This document shows positions 1-14,504 of a stretch of DNA of 64,000 bases, in pieces. Made by a program: the position numbers and the translations under genes. Numbering within the stretch: position 1 is the first letter of the stretch; each line of letters begins with the position of its first letter. The DNA is from the human T2T-CHM13v2.0 reference genome, Homo sapiens, in assembly GCA_009914755.4 (NCBI GenBank), contig CP068257.2:39392001-39456000 (forward strand). The letters are read 5' to 3'. Below the pieces are notes generated by a model. The model searched no databases, was not told the DNA's origin, and was given only the letters and a program-made list of their open reading frames with translations.

Positions 1-133
1 GGAGCTACTTGCCCACTTATGGGGCACAAACAGGTCTGGATTTTAATCCAGGCTCTGGACTAAGATATAACTCCTTTGCCTGTGTTTTGGATCTGTAAAG
101 TAGGCGTAGTCATAATTTTGTCTTTTGTGTGTT

Positions 134-387
134 GGGGGGGGAGAGAGGGTCTCACTGTCGCCCAGGCTGGAGTGCAACCTCTGCTTCCCGGGCTCCAGCT
201 TCAGCCTCCTGAGTAGCTGGGACTACAGGCTTGCACCACCAATACCCCGTTAATTTTTGTGTTTTTTGTAGAGATGGGGTTTCATCATGTTGCCCAGGCT
301 GGTCTCGAACTCCTGAGCTCAAAGCAATTTGCCCGCCTCAGCCTCCTGACGTGCTGGAATTACAGGCGTGAGCCACCACATCTGGCC
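134..387 (-). mobile_element. Alu SINE, minus orientation, internally shortened to about 250 bp
   Basis: Reverse complement of Alu consensus: ...gtctcactgtcgcccaggctggagtgcaa... through ...gctgggattacaggcgtgagccaccacatctggcc. Confidence 0.9.
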
Positions 388-2677
388 ATAATTGTGTCTT
401 AATGATAATGAAATTTAGCCCTGATGCATGTAACATAAGTGCCCAATCAATACAGACTTGCCATTTGGGTTGTTCACTGCTGCCAACTTCATGGTTTTAT
501 AAAAGTTCTACCACAAAGATTGCACGTTTTACTTCTAATTAATGATCCCTGTGGAGACAAAAGTGGGTCCCTCTTGGATGCTAACCCACCATGTTGATGT
601 CTCATAGCCCCAGTCCCATGAATGCCTCCTGGTTTCTACTTTATCTACTGTCCCTGGTGTAAGAACGTGTCAACCTGGACATTACCGCACAAACTAGAGG
701 CGATGGCGCACGTGACATTCTTGCTGTCCTGGAGAGTTGTCTTTGTTTTGCGGGAGCACGTACACCCTTTCCCTGTGGTACGTAAGCCCCACGTCTGGGG
801 ACTAACAGTGCAGAGAGCCACCTGTCTTGTGGCCACCCAGGGCCACGCTTCCATGTGTAAGTTCCCCGATACATCAACTAATACCGACAAACTGGATTTG
901 TCTGCCTCCTTCTTTGGTTTCTCTGATCCTTTGGCATTTGGAGGTCATTTCCCATATGAGGCCCTTCCAGGAAACAATCCCTGAGAGATTTCCTAGGTTA
1001 CAGTTGGGGCTTTCTTGCCATGGATCTAATTAGCCATGTTGTCCTGTGACCTGCGACTATGGACAGTTGATGGTTCAAAGCATGGGTTCTGGTTGGCTGA
1101 GTTCTCAGAGGCCCCTTTTTTTGCATATGAAATTACTCTCCTCCTCTGTATGAGATGGCATTCAAAACCTCACTCTTTTATTCTAGAAATATTTCTGTGC
1201 TGTGTTGAGTTCTACTGACACAGTGGTTAACAAAACAGATATGAACCTCCTCTCACAAAGCTTACAGTCTATAGAGGAGGAAAGATTCTTACTCTAATCT
1301 CACCAACACCATATGCAGCAGGGGTTAGGGGTGCAAAAACACAGTGTGAACCAGGGAGGTCACGAGAACACAGGGAATGGGGAGTGGACTATGCTTGGTG
1401 TCAGGAATGCTTTCCAGAAGAAATTTCTTTGGGCCTGAGACACTGAAGGATGGCAGAGAAGCTCAGTTGAGGGGGGCAAGATGGAAACCCAGGGGCGGGT
1501 CACTATGTCAGCAAAGCACTGGCAAACACATTTTCTAAATGACCCCCTAGAAAATGTTCTCAGCTTGGCAGACCCTATCTGTCACAACCACTCAACTCTG
1601 TCATTACAGCCGAAGCCTTAGACAATAAGGAAAGCCATGGAAGTGGCTGGGTTCCAATAAAACTTTATTTATGGATGCTAAACTCGAATTTTGTATTATT
1701 TTTGTATGTCTGTCACGAGGTATTCTTTTTGGTTTTTTTTCCAACCATTTAAAAATGTAAAAACTATTCTCAGCTCACAGGTGGCACCAAAACAGTGAAC
1801 AAGATTTGGCCCTTAGCCTGCAGACCCCTGGGGGAAGCCAGCGAGGGTGACATGGACAGAAGAGTTCAGTAGGGCGAAAGTCCTGAAAATATGAAGGCTA
1901 AGCACGATGAGCCACCCAGGAGCACGCCTTCTTCCTTGCAATAGATGCTGCACACTGAAACTGCCATTTGTAAACTATTAAATGCCACACAAACATGAGG
2001 CATTCTATTACAGTTGTCTATGATCTTATCAAATGTGAATTTTGGGGCCAGGAAAAGGGCATCTAAGTTACCTAATCTGCATGTAAGAAAAATGCACAAA
2101 TACCTAAGGTCAAGGAAACTAAGATCAAATCATTCTTAGGAGACCTCATTTTAGACTAGGGAGGAGTCATCACCGCTTCTCTGTTGATGAACATGTCTTC
2201 CGGTTCAGACTACTTAAAAATTCATTCTCAGTTGCTAATGAATATCCATTGGCAAAATATGAAGAATCCTATGACAACATTCTTTCTGTACAGAAGAAAA
2301 GCTTGGGGAGTCTGTATACACTTTCATTAAAGCAACAATTGAGGTGTCAAGTCACAGGTCTTTGCTTCATTAACTTTCATATTCAGCAGCTAGTGAGACT
2401 GGAAGAACGGATATTCCTTTGGAGGTAAACAGTGGCGGACAAATTAGATAGGACTCCTCCCTCACAGAGGCAGAGACAGACACTGAATAATTACACAAAA
2501 TGACATATTTTCATAACAAAGACGGGTGCCATCAAGGGAAAGCAGAAAAAACTGTAAATCAACAGGCCTATCGTTTCATTTGGGAGGTTGGGATGGTTTC
2601 TTTGTCTCTGTGGACAGGACATTTAAGCCATGACCAAAAGGGGGAACAGACATTTTCTAAGTGTAGAGAGAGGAAAA

Positions 2678-2790
2678 GTGTGTGTGTGTGTGTGTGTGAT
2701 TGTGCACGTGTGTATGCGTATATATGCATGGTGTGATAGAGTGTGCATGTGTGCACATGTGTGTGTTTGCATGCACATGCTCCTATATGT
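2678..2790. repeat. (GT)n compound microsatellite, pure (GT)10 followed by a degenerate GT/GC-AT tract
   Basis: gtgtgtgtgtgtgtgtgtgtgtga... followed by imperfect tgtg/catg units. Confidence 0.9.
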
Positions 2791-4194
2791 GGATGTCTGT
2801 GCACTGGAGACCAGGACAGGAAAGGAACTGTATTCCAAACACAGGTAACAGTGTGTGCAAAGACTCAGAAATGCTGAAGCAGTAAAGGACTTAATGATAT
2901 TTGAAAAAATCAACAATGGCCTTTGGGGCCACATATTACATAATACACTGAGACATGCGGTCAAAGTCAAGGCTAAGATGCCAACAGGGGTGGCTCCCCA
3001 GGACCTTGCAGGCTCTGATGCGAGTGTGGATTTTATTCTTTGTGCCAAGGAGAGTCTCTGGGGGGGTTTCAAGCAGGAGAGCATCACTCTGTGATTTCTA
3101 TTTTACAGGGGGATAAGTGAAGGGCCGGCATCATGAATGAATCTGGGTTTCCAAGGACTTGCTAGATTCAAGGATGTTCCCTCATACATACAATATAGCT
3201 TCAGCTGAAGGTCCTTTGGGCTCCAGTTTCACTTCTTGGCATATCCAGCACAGCAAGAGAGTGACAGTCACCAGCCAGAAGGGAGCACACGTGATCTGAG
3301 GCCCTGTGCTGTGAGTGTGGGACTGCACTTGGCGCCATGAGAGAGTACAGTGATGGATGTGGTCTCCGTGCCCATCCTTGTCTGAAGCTGCAGACTATTC
3401 AGGGGATAACTCTGCCATGTGTGGTTTCGAAATACATGCAACTTGGAGAGGCAGTATTTCGTGTTTCAAGAGAATGCAGTGGGGCATTTTATTGAAAGGT
3501 ATTTTTTTTCTCATCATGTAAAATAAATTAACATGGTGTTGCATGGTTTCTATAAAACACCCGTGCATGTTCGAATCAACTTTGCTTGTTACCTGAATTA
3601 TTTTCTCTACACTTCTCCCCTCTGCTTAATTCATTTGCAAAAGACAGGACGTAAGGAAAACATGCACCAGGTAAGAGACTATTTCTATTGAAGTCAGCGA
3701 GAGTTCTTTTAATTTATTGCCAGAACTCTGAATATCACACTGGTTTTGCTGAAAAAAAAAGTGAAAATGTCTAACTATGAACAAAGAAAGTACAGTTTTC
3801 TCACTAAATTTACATATCATGTATTTGAACATAAGTACAGGGATTTGATTTGGCATGGACTCAGGGAGAGCTCCACGTAAGAATATTCTGAGTGGATGTT
3901 CTGCCCTTCTCGTTCCTCCCAACCCCCTCCTAGGTGCATGGTGTCTGACCCAAGGCAGAAGTAGAAGAACACCTGCTGGCCGTGGGCTGCCTCTGCCATT
4001 CTGCTCATCCAAAGTGATAGAACCAAACCTGACTTTGGTAACTTTTGCTTAATGCCTATATGAGTTTTCTTTCTTTTTCTTTGGATTTATTTATTATTTA
4101 TTTTTACCATTTAGAAAAAAAATGGTAATATTTATTGAGCATCTCCAGTGTGTTAAATGCTTTCACTATATGTTTTCTTTTCTTTTTGTTTTCT

Positions 4195-4560
4195 GAGTTT
4201 TCCAGGGCTGCTGTAACAAAGCACCACAGACTAATTAACTTAAGCAGCAGGCATTTCTTCTCTCACAGTTCTGGAGGCTGGAGTCCAGGATGGAGGTGTC
4301 GGCAGGACTGAGCCTCTCTCCTTGGTTTGCAGATATCTTCCCTGTGCCTTCACAGTGTCATCCCTCTGTGCCTGTCTGTGTCCTCAAGTTCCCTTGTTAT
4401 AAGGACACCAGTGGGATTGGATCAGGGCCTACTCTAATGATCTAATTTTACCTTAATTAACTTTTTAAAGACCTTATCTCTAAATGCAGCCACGCTCTGA
4501 GATCTTGGGGGTTAGGGCTCCAACAGATGGATTTGGGGAACACAACGTAGCCCCTAACAT
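4195..4560 (+). mobile_element. Ancient L1 (L1M-type) 3'-end fragment
   Basis: Recognisable high-copy motif ctgctgtaacaaagcaccacagact...ttctcacagttctggaggctggagtccag...ttataaggacaccagtgggattggatcagggcctactctaatgatctaattttacc...gggggttagggctccaacag. Four related copies are in this window. Confidence 0.55.
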
Positions 4561-5499
4561 GCCAAACAAAAAGGAAGACACACTGGCATGGGGACAGGAG
4601 GTGAGTGGGAAGAACTGGTGCTCCCGAGAGGGAGTGGGCTGGGAAAGGCAGAAGAGGTGACAGTGTGAAGCTGCTCCTTGGGGACTTCTGGGTCTACCCA
4701 CGAGTGGATGCCCTGCAGAAACTGAGAAGGGGATGGGTGAGAGGACAATTGGCTTCACAGAATCCAGGGCCCCTCTAGCACCCTAAACACCAAACAAACA
4801 ATGAAGGACCAAGCGGGAGATGCTGGCTGGCACCCTGACTGCGTGCTTCTGGCGTGCCCATTAGGAGAGAGGAGAGCAGAGGATCGTGCAAAGACACTTT
4901 TTTATCACTGGGGGAACCATGCATTCACTGAGAAATGAGTTGTTCTTCCAGAATTCTGTCCTTGTGACAGGTAACATAACTGTCATGTGAGTAACAGACT
5001 TCATCTTGGCAGATGTGACACCACATGGGAGCCCACATGGTATAATAGTGCAGATACCTATAACGTGCGTATTGGGAGTTTGTGAAGCATATATACTGGG
5101 CATGGCTGAAATCCAGAGTTCAGTAAAAGAAAAAAAAAAGGGAGAGGGCAGGAAGTTAATGGAAAATGTGTAATGTGAATATTGACCCAACAGACCTCTA
5201 AAAATATAAGCTCCATTTCTTACCAAGGAATTTTCTTTTCTCTTTGGAGAGGACGTGGCAACAACGACATCTCATGCTTACACGAGCTGCCCCACTGTTC
5301 TGTGAGCCTTGGTGTTGTAGTTACTTACAGCTTGCACCAACCCTATGAAGAGGCCCTTTACTGTCCACATTCTGTATAAAAGGAAACAGATCCTGAGAGG
5401 TAAGTGTCACCCAACAAGCAAGTAGAGAGAAAAGGTTTCACCGTCTGGCCTCTGGATGGGAGCTCTTCACCTCCACGCTACAGGCCACCATGTGGTCTG

Positions 5500-5660
5500 G
5501 CATTGGCCTGGGTGTCAGGCAGCGCCCTGTGCAATCTCTGGCCCTGCCATAGCCAGTTATGTAAATTCTTAGAGACTCGATTTGCTCATCTGTCACATGT
5601 GGAAAGAGGAAGCATTCATCTCCCAGGACTGCTGTGAGAGTCAAAAGCGAAATACGTAGC
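5500..5660 (+). mobile_element. MIR SINE fragment
   Basis: Core similarity ...gatttgctcatctgtcacatgtggaaagagga... to MIR ...cagtttcctcatctgtaaaatgggga... Confidence 0.45.
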
Positions 5661-8600
5661 AGAGCTGGCCCTTCGTAAATGACTAACACGTGGTACCTCT
5701 TCTTGCAAGAAGTGAAAGCCTGAGTTGTGTGTTCAAAATTGTCATCACTCTTGCTCTCTGTGAGTGCAGCCAGGACAAACACAGTCAGGGCTTCAATGGT
5801 GCACGTGGAGCCTGTTAGAAATAAACAAAAGACATAAAGCTGGTAACAGAGGCACCTCTTTCTGCCTGAGTGGGGCAGGTCCTCATGGTTCTCATCAGCC
5901 CAAGGCTCTGACTCCCCACCTTTCAAAGCTGCCACCCAAGTTTACGAACTCTTTTTATTTTCACCTATGCCATCAATAAATCATCCCCAGCTTTTCTCAA
6001 GAAACCTGCCATTGGGTGCGACGTTGCTATGAGACTCTCAAGTAGACACACAAACGGGGCCACCAAGCTGAGTGGCAGGCTTGGGATGATTAAAACCACT
6101 GTCTCCCTGAGTGTTTTAAAAAGAGCAAATTGTAAAAAATAACCACCTTGCTCACACCGAGTCTGGAAATTACATCAAGAGCTGATCAGGAGATGGATTC
6201 TCAGGACCTACAGGAAAATTTAGAAAATCTCAAGGAAAAAGCTCATCATGCAAGCTACATATATAGAAAATAGCCCCATTAAAGTTTTTTTTGAGAGCAT
6301 GACAAGGAATTAATGAGTCAACCAAGGGTGTCTTGCAGATGTGTTCAAAACACAAGCCAGTACCAGGAAATACTAGGTGGGAGCCGTGTAGCCTGAGACT
6401 CTTCAGATCATGGAAGAGAAGTGCTGGCTTATTGCCAGTTGATCTCTGATAACAGCCAAGCCCTGCATGATAAGTCACAGATATCCCCATGAGAGATGCA
6501 AAAGCTTTTCTTTTTTTAATTTTTAATTTAAGAATTTAATCCATATATCCCTTATTATAAGAAAAAGAAGGGTTTCTTAAAAATATGAGTGTAAGTTTTT
6601 CATGAGTTCCAAGGGTTTTGTTTGTTTGGTTGGTTTTTGTTTCTGTTTTTTCATAACAGCCAGTAAGACAAGAGTCTCGTTAGAACTGGCAGACGTGCAG
6701 CTCTCCCAAGACGTTGCTTCTGCTGGAAAGCCCGTGCTGCTCTGGATGGCGGAGCCATGAACAGGAAAAGTGGATGGTGTGATGAAGGCATCCCCCAAAT
6801 CCCTAAAGAAACAGCACAAAAGTCTGCCCCATAATTATTTCTGCCTGCTTCCAGGGTATGGGAAAATCGTGTCTCAATATCTGGAAGAGAACTTGACTAA
6901 AAGCTATTTTATAAATAAATACATATATGTAAAATTATATGTATGTGCCCACACATATGTGCATGTACGTGTATATGCGTGCATGTATGTCGATGGATGG
7001 ACGGATGGTTAGATAGAAACCATAAAGCTGGCATTTTCAGAAGCTGGGAATACAAGAACCAGGTGTGCTGGATCTAAAGGCAAAAACCACGAGAGCAAGC
7101 TTAGCTCTAATCAAAGCCAAGGTTCACAGGGGATCTGGTAAAGAATGGTCCCAGAAACCTGAGAAGCAGCTTTATACAGCCGACTCAAAACAGGGGTGTG
7201 GCCCCAGAGCTACAGAAAACACCGGAGAAGCCAGATTCTGGGGTCTCAAACTCAAATGCCTGCAGGGTCTGGGGCGGACTCTGAACTGGAAGGGAGAGGC
7301 TCCGCAGCTCCGGGATGGCCACTGCTCCATCCAGAGTACAGATCTTCCCATCTTTGAAGAAAAGAAAGAAAGGTAGCTATTACAATCTATCAGTTTTTAA
7401 ATGTTGGCTGAATTTGTAAAAGGGGAGGGGACACACAAAACTCTTATGCAGTTCATACCCATTTCCGCAGCGGGTATTGACTGCACTCTTCATGATGTCG
7501 CTGGAACCCAGCACCTGAAGCTGACCGCAGAGCCCCTAGACTGGTGGAGGTAGAGAAGGTCGTTGCTTCCATGACATGGGGGCGCTCGCCAGGCGTGCAG
7601 GGTGGGGACCCCTGGCAGGGATGAAGGAAGGCAGGCCTCCCCGAGGACATGCAGGGGCCGGCGGGGCAAGGCTGGGAGCGCTGAGGCCACCCCGTGACCA
7701 CTGAGGAGGATGTGGGGGCTTGGGAACTGAGGGAGCCTCTGAGCTGAAATGGGATCCTTTCCCACCCCAACCACGCCTCCCTACACTTCTTAGACACAGG
7801 CAGTCCTGCTTCCGGGGAGATCCCCAGGTCCTTTTGTTCACAGGCTGGACCCATCTGTCTCTCTTTTCTCTTGTCATTTTTGTAAGACATCAGAGCTTTA
7901 TTTGTCCTCTTCATTCAAACACATTTTCCAAAACTATCACTTATTTTTAAATTTTGTTCCTGGCTTTTTTCTGCAATGAATGTTCATATAGACTGTGATG
8001 TGCGTTTCTATCACCCCATAACTTTTCAGTTTTCTTTGTTAACAATGTCTCCTCACCCTTAAAATTGCTTTTACAATTTTTAGTGATTTTTTTAAGCATA
8101 TGTCCCTAATCCATCTGCAATTTATTTTTGGATTCGATCTGACATAGCGGGTCCAACGTTCTATTTTTCCAGATGGACAACCGGGAAGTTATGCCAGCAT
8201 CACTTTTCAGACAAGCCAACTTTTCTAAATAAAACGTCGATTCTACTTTTATCATGAATTTAATTTTCTTATGTATTAGAATCTATTTCTGGATCCTCTA
8301 TTCTATTAATTAATTCATCTGTTCCTACACTAAAACAATATTGATTTGATTACCTTCAATGTGTAGTGTAAATTTCCTTCACTAATGTTCTAATTGTTTT
8401 CCAGGAAATTTTCAGGCTTCCCCCCACCGCCTGCAATATGATCATTTAATTCTATTCCAAAAAAAACATCCTGTTGGGATTGCAATTTTGACACACGTGA
8501 TATTTTTACGACGTTATGCGTTCCCGCCCAAGAACACACTTGGTCATTCATCCACTCAAGGCTCATTCACCAGAGTCCTGACAGTGCCGAGGCCTGCACC

Positions 8601-8849
8601 TGCAGAGCCCCGGAGCCCTCCAGCCCGGGGAGGGAACCGAGTTCCAGTGGGGAGCGGGTAGAGCCGGTGCAGCCCTTCATTTCACAACCCCTGTAGCCTG
8701 CCTGGCCTGAGAGGAGGTCATCGGATGCACTGAGTGAACTGCTCACCAGGTCCAGGCTCCAGATCCCATGGATGACTCAGGAGAGAGGCACGGAGCACCT
8801 CGGAAGCCCGGGAGCACCCCAGTCCACCAGCTCACCATGACCACCACCC

Positions 8850-9724
8850 TCACGCTCACACACACACAGCCTCACACACATAGTCACTTACACGCTCTCT
8901 CACACACATATTCTCACTCACATACCCTCAAACACACACGGCCTCACACACATCTGCTCACACATTTACTCACACACATACACTCACACACATACTCTCA
9001 CACACACTCTCAGACCCTATACACTCACACACCCACACACATTCACTCACACACCCTCAAACACATACTCTCACACACTCACACACACCCTACACTCTCT
9101 CACACACACACACACACACACACTTGCAGACCCAATACACTCACACAGACTCACACACGCCCACACACAAATTCACTCACACACACCTTCACACACTCTT
9201 ATACTCTCACACACATTCTCAAGCACTCACACACACTCACACATACACTCACACACACTCTCATATACATACCCACACATATTCACACTCACGCACTCAC
9301 ACACATACCCAACACAAACTCACACACAAATACACATTCACATCTCCCACCCCCAAACACAAATATACACATACACGCTCACACACACTACACACACATT
9401 CTCCACCCCCACTCAAACACAAATATAAGCATACACATGTGCACACTTACACCACCTGCACATACACTCACACGCCCAACACACACACATTCCCCACTCA
9501 CACTCAAACGTAAATACATACAGATACACACACACTCCCATACACTCACATATGCTTGTACACACACTCTCACACAATCCCCACATTCACACAAAGACAT
9601 TCACACATACCACATACACAGTCACACCCCCACACACACTCAGGCACATGCACACATACACATTCACATAGCCCCCCACTCACGCATATAAACTCACACA
9701 CACTCACACTCATACACACACACT
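8850..9724. repeat. About 875-bp degenerate CA-rich complex repeat (CACACA / CTCACACA / CACTCA units) with embedded higher-order repeats of about 70-90 bp
   Basis: Continuous cacacacac / ctcacacacat / actcacaca units. Motif cc(c)caaacacaaatat(a)(c/a)a(c/g)catacac recurs near 9335, 9405 and 9490. Confidence 0.9.
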
Positions 9725-11396
9725 GACTGAATCTTGGAATTCAAAACTCGGACACCGATTCCTTTTCCTTAAAGCCATTATCCCTAGATAAATGAAAGGT
9801 TCTCAGAATGAATAGCATTTCCCAGCACATTGTAAATTTCCTCAATGTGAGTGACTTCATCAGGCCCCATTATGAGAGGAGCTTGCTAGAGAGGTAGAAA
9901 GGGAGATGGGAAGTGGAGGCAGGATCTGAGATCCCTGTGGGAAGTTCTGAAAGAGGATGTCTAGGCAAAAAGAAATGAGGAGACGAAAGTCTGTGGCATC
10001 GAGGACAAATCGAGTCAATCTCCTGATTTGGTGGCCTCCACCCTGTCCGCCGGATGCTTACCCACATTGCTGCAATCGTTCTTTCATAACAGGAGGCAAT
10101 GTGCCTTTCCTTAAAAGGCCAGGTAAGTAAATATTTTAGGCTTTCAGGGCCAAGAGGGAATATGGAGGATTGTGCATAGGAACTTACAGAATCATTTCAA
10201 ATTTCACCATTCAAAAAGGCAAAAACCATTCTCAGCTTGCAGGCTGCAAGAAAACAGGCAGCTGGCCAAACTTGGCCATGGCCTGCAGTTTGATGATCCT
10301 TGCTCTAGAACCTTCCCCAAATATTGTTCATAGAATTCCAGAAACCAATGCTGCGGTCCCACTAAAGTGTTGATAAGCACTTATGCACATAAAAACTTGA
10401 TTTCTGTAAACAGTTACATACACACCACACATGGGCACTATACATAGGAAAAGACACCCTGAACCCTATCATATGGACCCAGAATGGCCAAGTCATATAG
10501 TCCAGTAAAAGTACTAGACTTAAAAAATGTATTTGGACATCTACACAAACAAGCAAGTGCTTTATAGCTTTATAAGGGGAAATAAAGTATTAGCATCAGG
10601 CTTTTTGACAGCAATGGTTTAGCCATAAGAAAATGGAGTAGCATTTAAAATATGAAAGAAAATGTAAGCCTCAGGTTTAGAGCCAACAAACTGACTTCCA
10701 TACATAAATGACACAGAAAAACTGTTATCAGCATGTGTGAGCCCTTCTTGAGGGACTTGCTAAGGAATTAACTTCAGAAAACCAGAATATCTAGTGAGGC
10801 ACCAATAAAGGTACTGGTTGCAAGCTTTAAATAGTTACTTGAATAACTAAGTCTCAATAATGTGGATTAAAACAGAAAGAGCATGGTATGTATTGCTCTG
10901 TGCCCTGGCAAAATATATATAATGTTACCGAAAAATGGGGCCAAAATGAGTACAACATCCACAAAACAATTTAATGCTTTCATTAATGATACCGGCAGTG
11001 ATAGCATTTGTATTGTTATTCTGAGACTTTTGTGTGTAAGGTGGAATGAACAAACAAGCAATTATGGGATATTTTATCATTCCCATGTCATTGAGAACCA
11101 GGGTTCTTAATCGGAAGAAAGAAGATTCAAATGTAGAATGGGAGAAGCTTGGTAAACACCCCGGAGTTTACAGTTCTATTTTGAATCCAAAGGGCCAGCA
11201 TGCACGCAGAACATTTTGCACAGGGGCAGAACTCCCTGCATTGTGCTTCACCTTTACTGCACTTCTCAGACACTGCACTTTTCACAAACTGAAGGTTTGT
11301 GAAAACTATAAACTAAACTGTACTGTCTAGGGATTCATACGAGAGGATAAAATTGTAAAGAAATACAAAAAAATTATTACAATAAAAATCAGGGGA

Positions 11397-11692
11397 GGCC
11401 AGAAGTGGTGGCTCATACCTATAATCCCAGCATTTGGGATGCCAACACAGAGAGACTACTTGAGGCCAGGAGTTTGAGACCAGCCTGGGCAACATAGCAG
11501 GACCCCATCTCTACAAAATAAAATTAAAATTAAAAAATCAACTGGGAGTGGTGGTATGTGCCTGTAAAACCACCTACTTCAGGAGGCTGAGGCAGGAGGA
11601 TCACTTGAGCCAAACAGTTCGAGGCTGCCGTGACCTATGATCATGCTACTGCACTCCAGCCTGGGCAAAAGAGTGTGACCTTGTCTATAAAA

Positions 11693-11723
<31 letters not shown>
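11397..11723 (+). mobile_element. Alu SINE with (AAAT)n-expanded tail
   Basis: ggccagaagtggtggctcatacctataatcccagc...gcactccagcctgggcaaaagagtgtgacc, followed by (aaat)8. Confidence 0.9.
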
Positions 11724-11976
11724 GAAGGAAATCCAGAGGAGTGGCTACTTCAGGGAGATTTGGTATGATTGGAATGGAGAAACTCCAGGAAGGCTAGAAA
11801 AGCACCACTTTTGACCTGGGTGTTTGTTTTAAGTGCGCTCACATTATAAGTAAGTAATCTAGGCATGTGTTTTGTGCTGTTTTTGTAGAGCTCCTATATT
11901 TTACAATAAAAGTTTTTAACAAGAAAAAATAACAAGAAACCCAGTAATTTTCAAAGTTACCTTCCCCTTCAAAAAG

Positions 11977-12125
11977 GTGATCCTCTGGCCTCAGCCTTTC
12001 AACTGGTTGGGACTACAAGGACACACCAACATGCCTGGCTAAATTTTTATTGTTTGTAGAAAATGAGTTCTCTCTCTGTTGCCCAGGCTGGTTTTGAACT
12101 CCCAGGCTCAAGCAATCCTCCTACC
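11977..12125 (-). mobile_element. Partial Alu, minus, about 150 bp
   Basis: gcctcagcc...ctggttgggactacaagg...gcctggctaaatttttattgtttgtagaaaatgag...gttgcccaggctggttttgaactcccaggctcaagcaatcctcc. Confidence 0.75.
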
Positions 12126-12386
12126 TTAATTTGTTTTTATGTACAAATTAGGGCTAAGACTTCAGAAGAAAAAAGAGGATAAATAGGCAGGATATGGCTT
12201 TGGAGGAAGAATGTAAAGCAAAAATAATTAGCATTATTTATGTCAAGCCATGTGAAGATAATTTCTTACTGAATCAATGTCATGATATTGAGGGTTAAGA
12301 TGCATATATGGTTAATGAGAGGTACTTGCAGCCAAAGTAGTTAACTTAAGCAAAAAGAATAGTGTGAGATTTAAAGTTTCTAACTA

Positions 12387-12744
<358 letters not shown>

Positions 12745-14504
12745 AAGTCAGACTATATATTCCAGAAATTTGGACCTTCTACTATAGTTGCTGATAGACT
12801 TGCAAATCCTATGATTTGCAAATTGGCTTACAATTTGGCTTCATAGTGATTAGTCCAACAGGATCATTGAATTAGGCCTGTCTATTCTTAGTCATGGCTG
12901 AAACTCAGTTGATTTTCAACACTATCACTCTCAGCAATCAATATTTTGTCTTATACATTTTACTTGAAATATTTATATGAAAAGGAATATGTAATAACTT
13001 TTTATACTGAAGGTTCATACTCACAGTTAAATACATTTCTAGTTAGTTGAGCAGGTATTCTACTCATGGCTAAGGCTGAAGGGTTTGCTCAAGCCATATG
13101 CCCTTTGAGAGAAGCAGGCCAGCAGGACCAAAGTGTGCTTGAGCTACCAGCAATCCAATTTACCCTATTGTCTCCTTGGATTAAGCGTCGGTTCTGCTAG
13201 CCCAGGCACATAGTTGAATTGAATTAACGAGGTTATTCAAAGCCTGAAATCACTATGATAGAGGAATGTTGTTTATTGGGTAACCTTATTCCTTATTTTA
13301 AATTAGATTTTTTTGTTTTTCCAAGGTAAATTAAAATGCTTTATTAAAATAAATAAAACATTCTTAAGAGCCTCTCAGATTACAAACACAGCACACATAC
13401 AAGAGACCTGTATTTCCTGGATCTCTGTCCAAGGGCCAAACCCACACTTTAGGACACAGATTTCTAGGGCCCCTACTACAGAGAACAGTCTTGTTGCCTC
13501 TGAGACTACAAATAAGCTTCACCCAGTAGGATGTGAAGGTGGAAGCAAGGACTCAGAAATAGAAGACGAAAATGTGGAAACAAGCCAGGTGGAATTAGAT
13601 CATATAGTGCAGAGGAAAATACTAGGGCAACTTTAAATAAACCCTTTGTAAACTCTGGGGAGAAAATGTGCAATGAAGGTGCACTTGCAGGGGTTAGCTT
13701 TTTATATTTTTTAGGTCTGACCATGAATAAAGCTTCTGAAGAGCAGAAGTGGAGCAAGAAAACTCAAGCTGAAGGCGCTCAGAAGCAGGAAGAATCTCAG
13801 TGGTCACCCAGTCCATCCTGGCCCCAGCCCACCACTCATGCAGCAGACATGAATTCTTTGCACAGCCTCTCAGGCAAGCTGTCAGTCAGTTGCTGAAGAA
13901 TAAAGATAGGGATCTCGGAGACTAAAAGGCAAACAGGTCCTGATCAGGCACTGGAAAAATTGATGAATGAAGTCAGTCTTCGTGGTTCCCAAGTTCCCTC
14001 CTCTCTGTCCTTTCTCCTCTGCAGAACAACTGCTACACTTTTTCTTTGGCCCAGTATTGACTTATATCCTGGCTGTGGGACTTTGTAGTTAATTAGAGTT
14101 TCATAATGGGATGTGCCGCCTTGTGTGATAACAAGCTTCCTGTCATGGGAAGCAACCAAGCCCAAGCTGCATGACCATGAACCAGGAACACTGCAGAAGT
14201 GTGTGGAACGGGAAAGCAGAACTGAGGCCCTCCACTCACAAATAGTAGGAGGCTCTTACAGCATCAGTTGCAGATATTGATATCAATTCAGCAAATCTTT
14301 ATTGATCTTTTACAATAAGCCAGGCACTGTGCTGTCATCACCAGGAAACTGCAAGCTCAATAAGTACCAAGACCATGCATTCTTTATTCAGCATTCTAGA
14401 CTCAACCTGTTGTCTGGAACAAAGCAAGTATTCAACATTTGTGAAGTGAGTGAATGAATGAATCATTGGTACAATGCTGAATAATTGTTAACAAGGTGAT
14501 ACAA

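Noticed and set aside
5376-5406. TATAAAAGG box followed 15 bp later by a perfect splice donor GAG|GTAAGTG
   Set aside because: The donor lies upstream of where transcription from that TATA box would initiate (about +30). There is no CpG island, initiator or downstream ORF. Treated as a chance juxtaposition.
5438-5935. 165-aa minus-strand ORF, the longest ORF outside obvious microsatellites
   Set aside because: It overlaps a MIR fragment (5500-5660) on the opposite strand and has no recognisable domain or splice context. Its length is within chance expectation for 64 kb x 6 frames of 41%-GC DNA.
8768-9691. 307-aa plus-strand ORF (His/Thr/Ser-rich, 'HTHTHSHL...') and overlapping 129-aa and 70-aa ORFs
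   Set aside because: Pure translation of the CA-rich degenerate microsatellite (codons CAC/ACA/CTC/ACT). No start context, no complexity, and both strands are 'open'.
10100-10130. Perfect donor-like motif CAG|GTAAGTAAAT at 10119
   Set aside because: There is no upstream ORF, acceptor or polypyrimidine tract defining an exon. Isolated consensus 9-mers are expected by chance at this window size.
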